The notes under the pieces are model-generated. The model ran no database searches and had not been told where the DNA came from. It saw only the letters and a list, made by a program, of their open reading frames with translations. A program made the position numbers and the translations under genes. From the NCBI RefSeq assembly GCF_009914755.1, contig NC_060932.1: 64,000 nucleotides of DNA; one strand, given 5' to 3'. The DNA is from the human T2T-CHM13v2.0 reference genome, Homo sapiens. Shown here in pieces: positions 56,586 to 64,000 of the stretch (positions are counted from its first letter, which is position 1; each line of letters begins with the position of its first letter).

Positions 56586-58716
56586 ACTATACACAAAATA
56601 TTTAATAATGCAACAGCCAGGTTTCTAGAGTACCTCGTTCCTTGCCAGCATCTTTTGAAGCTGCAACAAACATGACCTTGAAATCAACATAGTCTCAATG
56701 CTGTAAAATGATTCTGATGACAGTCTTTTTTTCTCTTATTTTCCCATAGGAAAAGACCTGTAGATTCTAGAGCATCTCTGCTTTCACAGCATAGGTTGTT
56801 TTCTTTTAGTGATAAACTTCATCATTGAGATTTTGCCATCAACGCTGAATTATTCTCTTGTATTTCATACCGCTGAAATATAGTCTATTTTGAAAGAGCA
56901 TTGAATACAATTATTATAAGACTTTAATTTAAAATGTCATAGAGACAGCACCAAGAAAATCTCTGCTACCTGGAAAAACTATAATGATAATTCCACATTT
57001 TGAGTAAAAGAAGTAAATGTCAAAGTGTACCTCATCAAAGATAGTGCTGTTAAATGACGGTGCTACTGGTCTTATCTGTGCTCAACTGAAATGTTACATA
57101 TAAATTATCATTTTTCTAGGGGTGTTAAGAATATGGCCTCTGGGTTATTATAATTTTGAGATCAATTAAGTGATGAGATTATGTCTCAGTAGATGTGCCT
57201 GGAATGAAAGCACATTAGACTTTTGGAAAATCCTCCACGGAGACCCTGACCAAAAACAGACATGTCAAATGCCAGCAAGTTAAATGAATATTCACTCATT
57301 GAAAGCTACTGAGAAATTATTGATATACCCACAGTTATTCACTTATTACTGTAGCTAAATACTGTTCAAAATTTTTCACCTCCAAGAGTAAAATAAATGC
57401 TATTAGAATTCTGAAACTAATAAAGAACATAAAAATTAAAACAATATATTCTTGCACTAAATTACGATATAATTCACACACTGTGAATATATGGTATTCA
57501 TATATACAGTTAAACCAGTTTCTTCTACTAATTAAAATACTAGCTGTATTACATGTAGTGCTCTAAAATTTGCCCCTTTTTCTGTTAAACTTGTAAGATT
57601 TAGACACCTGGTTATAAATCTAGACTTTGGCTAACTTCAGTACTACAGGTATTCTTTAAATTAGAAGCTCCAAAACAATTCAACCTGTATGTCATGAAAG
57701 AAAATCTGAAATTACTAAACTTGGGAAGGAAAGGAACTACAATACAAAGAAAACAATTTGTAGTAAATAGTATTATAGGAATAAAGAGATAAAAATTCTT
57801 ATTAATCACAGTTATCAAATTATTCATTTAAGATCCAGAGCAAATTGTGAGTGACTACTTCTATCTGTGTTTGAGTTAAAGTAGAACTTGTGTCAATGAT
57901 ACTTTTCATTTTAGGGCTATTGTTTTTTTCTTTAGGTAATTATGACGATTTTTAAAAATAACAACAGCTTACATGACTCCTTAGTAAAGACCACCTCATG
58001 CCATTCTCTTCACAGCTGAATTTTCAGGGGAGGATACTGGAAATATGCACTTTGCTCTAACAACCAAAAAGCAATTGCATGCACACATGTAAAAGGTTCC
58101 ACCCCAACTTCCTTGGCATATTCCCGATTATTTCTCTCTAAACAGGAAACTGTTGACAATTTTTCCTGGTACTTTCAGAATACCAAAGGTTTTACTTACA
58201 AGCAAAATCCCAACTTTTGTTTCAGTTATAATGTTATTTCCCGTGGTTCCTATTGTTGCTAAATATGAATGCTGCAAACAAGATAGAAACCAAATTCCAA
58301 ACTATTTTAGGCTGATTCAGAATTGAGTAGCAATTGTAAAAAGAAAAGTTAGAAACACATTGCAAGGCTATGCTGGAGTTTTTAAACCCAAAACAATACT
58401 GAAGGGAGGATTCCTGGAATTCAAGAGAGAATATTTGGCTCAAGCTGCAAAATCCGTATGTCTAAATAATGTTATGTTAGCAAGTGTTGAGCAAGCAAGA
58501 CGATTATATTTTAACCTACTTCACAAAACATTAATCCAAATTTAACCAAATTCCAGAGAACCTGCCTGAAATTCACAACTAGAAGCTGCTTCACATTTTC
58601 CCCTTGGTACAACAATAATTGCTCATGAATACAAACTTGTAGGAGGTAAGAGAGAGGGGAAAACCACAATGAGCTATAAAAACATCTAACTATTGTATAT
58701 AAAGCAAACTAATTAC

Positions 58717-58830
58717 CTCACTCAGAAGAAGTGCAAGATTTAACAGTCCATGCTCTGCAGCCCCTGGAAACAGCAGTAGCAGCAGCAGCAAGGTCCAGCA
58801 TCCACCAGATTCTCACAAGCCTTTGACTGT
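58717..58830 (-). other. NCALD: Non-coding first exon (5' UTR) of a minus-strand gene, recognised as NCALD; 5' end approximate
   Basis: Minus strand reads ...GGCTTGTGAGAATCTGGTGGATGCTGGACCTTGCTGCTGCTGCTACTGCTGTTTCCAGGGGCTGCAGAGCATGGACTGTTAAATCTTGCACTTCTTCTGAGTGAG|GTAATT, a canonical donor at 58717/58716. There is no upstream polypyrimidine tract but there are promoter motifs, so it looks like a first exon. The gene name comes from my recollection of the NCALD mRNA leader (...CTGAGTGAG-CTGAATTCTTGCCGCCAGGATGGGGAAACAG), not from a search. Confidence 0.78.
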
Positions 58831-58930
58831 GTGGACTCAGCCACAGACTCTGCCTCTAGCTGACGTCAAAGTCCCTGTCACATGGCCAGATGAAAGCCAA
58901 GAGATCATTGGTTGTCGTAGCAACCACAGA
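58831..58930 (-). promoter_or_regulatory. Compact non-CpG-island promoter: CRE, two E-boxes, CCAAT box, RFX X-box
   Basis: Perfect palindromic CRE TGACGTCA 58861-58868; GTCACATGG 58877-58885 (USF/MiT-type E-box); CAGATG 58887-58892; ATTGG 58907-58911; X-box GTTGTCGTAGCAAC 58911-58924. All lie within ~65 bp just upstream of the exon. Confidence 0.72.
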
Positions 58931-60923
58931 CCGGCTCTGAAATTATTTCAATAGGTCATCTGTCACTGTGGTGTGTGTGTGTGAGAGAGAGAGTATGTGT
59001 GTACGCACACACCATAGAACCATCACGGACAGCTCCTTGACAACCTCAACCCCCGAAGTTGTGACTCCAGAATGCCTACAACTTTCCTCTTTAAGGCTTT
59101 GGTGTCTTTTCTCTACAGTTACTTGCAGGAAAATATATGCCACCCTGAAGTTCTCATTTGTTTCACTACCATCAGCATGAAGCATGTCTCTCTCTCTCTC
59201 TTTCTCTATAACAAAAGGAAAGAAACTGAAAAATTCTGGAGTAGTTTTCTTAGCCAATTAAACTTATTTGCAAGCAAATATATAAAAACAGAAGCTCAGG
59301 GGGAGGGGTTGGAAGAAAATGTATTTTAAAAACTATATCAGAGTCTACATGGATATACTGAGACCATGCTTGTGATGGAAAGAAAAATAAAAAACAGTGG
59401 CTTGGGTTCATGACAGTGGCTTATGACTCAGAGACAGGTAAGACAGTCTAATGATCCTGACACCAAGTAGGATGTAGACATCAGATAACATAAATTCAGG
59501 ATTCCTGTACTGTAAAATGTCTAGGTAAAAATGAGGACCGAAGGAGTTTCAAAACAGTGTTACTTTAAAATAACCATGTGAGTAAGCTGAAAACTGTGCT
59601 TTGGGGCCATACGGGTGCCAAATGCTCCCCTCTTGAGTCCTCTCATCCACACCCCTTTGCTGAGACTCAACATTGAGTAAACAGGGCCAGTGTTCCACAA
59701 ACACAAAGTGTAATGAAAGCCCAGAGCCATAGAATGAAAGGGTTATCTCACATGTTTTCTAACATCAGCTTTATTTCCTTTACGACGACCCTAGCTTACT
59801 TTTAACTCTGCACACGTGCCTATTTCCCAGTTAATTCTCTTTCTTAATTAATGGGAAGCCGATTAAACAAAATCAATGAAACTCACAAGAAGGTACTCTG
59901 AAAAAGACATTCAGAAAATGTATGCCCAAACAAAGGACAAGGAGTTAAAAGGCAGGGGAGAAGAGACTGCCCTCAAAACCCTAAGGACCTTTATATGCTA
60001 GGCTTATAACGACTTCTATTCTGTTTCTTAAAATAAATAAATAAATAAAAAAGAGTAGCTCTGGGGTGCTACAAAATATAAATGGAACCTAAGTCAGCCA
60101 GGCAGATTACATTTGTGTCACTGTAAAAGAATGAAATTTCTTTAGTAGAATCAGAAATTGCTTCTTTAATAATAAGACTAATGTTCAAATCACTTGGTCA
60201 TAGAATCGTCCTACTCCATCCTCCTTTTCATCTTCCTTTATTTCTGTCCCAGCCCCAATTGGGAGAAAAGATAGATTTTTATTTAAAAAGTTATTTTCCT
60301 GATGCGATTAGCTGTGGCACTGCAAAACCGAAATCAAACTATAAGGAACTTTCCTCCTTTAATTTCAGATTAATGACAGCTGGGAATTTACCTGTTTGAA
60401 CAAGGACAATGGAATCCAATGTCTACCTAAAGCCTCACTAGGGGCAGATTTCACCAACAGCCACAATTCATAAACTGACAATTTGTTCCAATTATTGTTC
60501 TGCTTTTATGTTCAGAAATGCACATCATACAAATGAGGGAACCGGAAGAGGCAGAGAAACATACCCTTCTAGCTTTCCCTGGACCCACGTTCTCTGAGCT
60601 GCTTAATTTACCATCTCTCTGGCTCTAATCCATAGCTGCCTAATTAATTCTTCCTCCTCTTTATGCAGCTTTAGCATTTAAGAGAGAAAAACTGCAGTGC
60701 CACATTCTGCTAATAGGTGATGTCTTCTGAAATAAGAAGTTCTCAGTTCTAAAAAAAAAAAAAAATGCCTAAAATTCAGGACTTTAAATGGATTAATTTG
60801 AAAATTAGCAAAAAACCAACACTTTTACTTTGACTGGTTTAGCATTTTTAAGACTAAGTATACTTTATACTGCCTTGGGCAGTATTAAAATATTCAGTGA
60901 ACTATTAAAATATTCAGTGAACT

Positions 60924-61327
<404 letters not shown>

Positions 61328-62469
61328 CTACTCATTTTCCTTTGCAAACTACCTAGGTTTAGAATTTCCTCTTAGAGTGAAGGAAGCTACCAGTCTTCTG
61401 TGAGGTTGAAGGCATGATGGTGATCTCTTTAGAGCTCAGATTTCTACCAATTTGGTTAATTAACCCAAATGTAGTTGAAAGTATCACAGGAAATACACAT
61501 GAGAGCTTTCTCCAATCACAGCCCACTACACTGAAGAGAATATGTGCCATTTTATTTTCTAATTGACAAGTCATTTTTTAAGGTGAAAATGATTCACCAA
61601 ATTTAAAAATATCCATTCAAAAATAGTTCTGCATCTTATTTTTCACTCTTTGTAAAAATGTCAAGGCTGCCTATTATTAGTTTGACCACTTTGCCAGAAA
61701 TAACTGGTAAATGCCACTAAACAAGCAGTCTGACCTGGGCTCACACACCTGAACTAACAGGTGGTTTGGGTCATGCAATTCTAACCAGTCTTTTGTCGAT
61801 GTTTGTACATAGGGATGTTGCTGTCTCCTCTGTCTTAACGTTAATGGGCAGGCCTGGACCTACTGTTTAGAGCTACTGGGTTCAAATTTCATCTTTTTAT
61901 GGCTGGACCTTGAGCAAGCTACTTAAGTCCTCTGAGCTGCAGTACCTACATCTTAAGGTTGTTTGGAGGATAATAAAGTTAATACATTATAAAATTCTGA
62001 CACCTTGCCACAGGGTAGATTGCTCAAGTGTGTATGTCATTTCTTCTTTATCTGTCTGACTCTGATAAGCCTACAAAGATCTTCAGGGAAAGGATGAAAT
62101 CTTATTCATCTGTACAACACTACAGTTAGCACACAACCCAGAACACAGTGAATCCTCAATCCATGTTGAATGACTCAACTATTCGGAAATAAATGTTGAA
62201 GAGTAGAAAGAAATGGTTCCTTTTTCTTCCTACTAATAGGGAAGAGAGCCTCTCTCCAACCCCCAACCTCAAAAAAAGGAAAAGAAGAAAAAAGAAAGAA
62301 CAAAAATGTTGAGTTATCATAAACTTTTCTAAAACTGGATGGCTCCAAGTAAATCAAACTTAACCCTACTCATACATAAATAAATAAATATTTGTTATGA
62401 GTACATGTAAGTTATATGTGGATGTATTTAACGGTTCTTGCTGTTGATGTTGGAAAATTTTTACATTAA

Positions 62470-62660
62470 CTGACATCGAGTGCTTACTACATGTGGAACA
62501 TTTTTCTAAGTACTATACATTTATTAAATCATTTACTATAATAATCCTATGAGGCAGGCACTATTCCATATTTCACAATTGAAGAAACTGAAGAGAGAGA
62601 TGAAGTAATTTGCCTACCTACTGCATAGCAGAGCCAGGATTTATACTCAGGAAGCTTAGC
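62470..62660 (-). mobile_element. MIR
   Basis: GAGTGCTTACTA...AATCCTATGAGGCAGGCACTATT...GAAGAAACTGAAG...GCAGAGCCAGGATTT. Confidence 0.75.
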
Positions 62661-63164
62661 TCTGTAAAATTTTGGAAATAATTTACATTTGATATGCTTT
62701 TAGAAAAAATTGAATTATTTCTCATGTTTGTTTTACACTGTAGGGTTGTTTTTATTTTTAAATTTTTTGTGAAAGGGAGAAGGCCAACTTGTCTTTTCTT
62801 CATCTTGGAACTCTAAAGATCTTAATCTATCTTTGGCCTAAAAAGTTCTATGGCAAGAAAATAATCTAGTCAGAAAAATTTGAATCAAGGAAAATGGGCA
62901 AAGTAAACTAGAGAAAATGTCCTGAATACAACTATGCCTAAATTATTATAGTCTTAGCTGAAGCAATATTTAGAATGCACAGGCTTGGGTGAGTTCTGTT
63001 TCCCACTATGATGAAGTAGCATGTGTTCAAACCAATACTCTCACTGAAATAACAAAAATAGCTAGCTAGATATATATTTTTAATGGCTGGAAGACATCAA
63101 AGAGTGGCAGAGGCAGCAAAAATTTTAAGTGCCAGGGTCTCAGATAAAAGGAAAATATATTGAG

Positions 63165-63539
63165 CGTCTTATTCCATTTGGACTGCTATAACAAAATACC
63201 ATTAACTAGGTAGCTTATAAACAACAGAAATGTATGTCTCATAGTTCTGGAGGCTGGGAAGTCCAAGATCAAGGCTCCTACAGATGTGGTCTCTTGTGAG
63301 AGCCCATTTCCTGCTTCCTAGATGGCACCTTCAAGCTGAGTCTTCACATGGTAGGACAGGCACACAGGACGAAGACAGCTATTTAGGGCCTCTTTTATAA
63401 GGAAATTTATCCCATTTATGAGGGCACTACCCTTATGATCTAACAACCTCCCAAAAAGGCCCACCTCCTAACACCATCACTTTGTGGGTTAGGGTTTCAA
63501 CATATGAATTTGGGGAAGACACAAACATTCAGTGAAGCA
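63165..63539 (-). mobile_element. MLT1A solo LTR
   Basis: CTGCTATAACAAAATACCAT...GTTCTGGAGGCTGGGAAGTCCAAGATCAAGG...ACACAAACATTCAG; degenerate TSD TTGAG/CTGAG. Confidence 0.88.
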
Positions 63540-64000
63540 CTGAGGTATAGACTCTGCATTTCCCACTGCTTTTCTTCTTAAATTATTGGATGATTCTTAA
63601 GTGGTGTGGGGCTTTTAGCATTCTCAGAAGCTGAAGAGAGAAAAATTGGAGTACAAATATTTAAATGCATTCAAGACTTGAGGGACTAAGATTGTAGACA
63701 GAGAGAAAAAAATGGAATCACAGAGAAGATATTCCAACAATCTGTACCGTTTTCCCCTTGAAGCATTTCCCAATTCCTAAACGGCATAAGACAAGAGGAC
63801 AAGAAGTGAAGCACAAAATGCAGCAAAGAGGCTAAAACAGAAAGGCAGAGTTTGGCAGTCGTGTAGTGACAGGGAGACCAAAATTATAGTTCAGATTCTC
63901 CAAGGAGTTGGAACCTGGTAAACCTAAGTTTTCATATCTCAAAACTGAAAGGCTAAGTCCTAGAAGAAATGAAAAACAGGAAATAGATGAGGACTCACAA

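Noticed and set aside
58861-58926. MHC class II SXY enhanceosome
   Set aside because: The same factor families are present, but the X1-X2-Y order and spacing are not reproduced.

Overview
Primate (almost certainly human) genomic DNA with no convincing protein-coding exon. The supplied ORFs are Alu/L1/LTR read-throughs or chance ORFs. The window is dominated by interspersed repeats: 12 Alu copies, L1 fragments, L2, MIR, MaLR/ERVL solo LTRs with intact target-site duplications (TSDs), and hAT/Tigger MITEs. The one gene landmark is a short minus-strand non-coding exon at ~58717-58830, ending in GAG|GTAATT, behind a compact CRE/E-box/CCAAT/RFX promoter. From memory its sequence matches the 5' UTR of NCALD (neurocalcin delta, 8q22.3); I could not search to confirm this. 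If correct, bases 1-58716 are part of the long 5' UTR intron and the coding exons lie left of the window. I see no novel multi-gene system. The best leads concern regulation of this leader: two uORFs in the first exon, a candidate 27-nt uAUG-bearing microexon, a possible recursive splice site and a (UG)22 tract. There are also several local DNA-copying scars. Repeat subfamily names are by-eye recognition and need RepeatMasker/Dfam confirmation.
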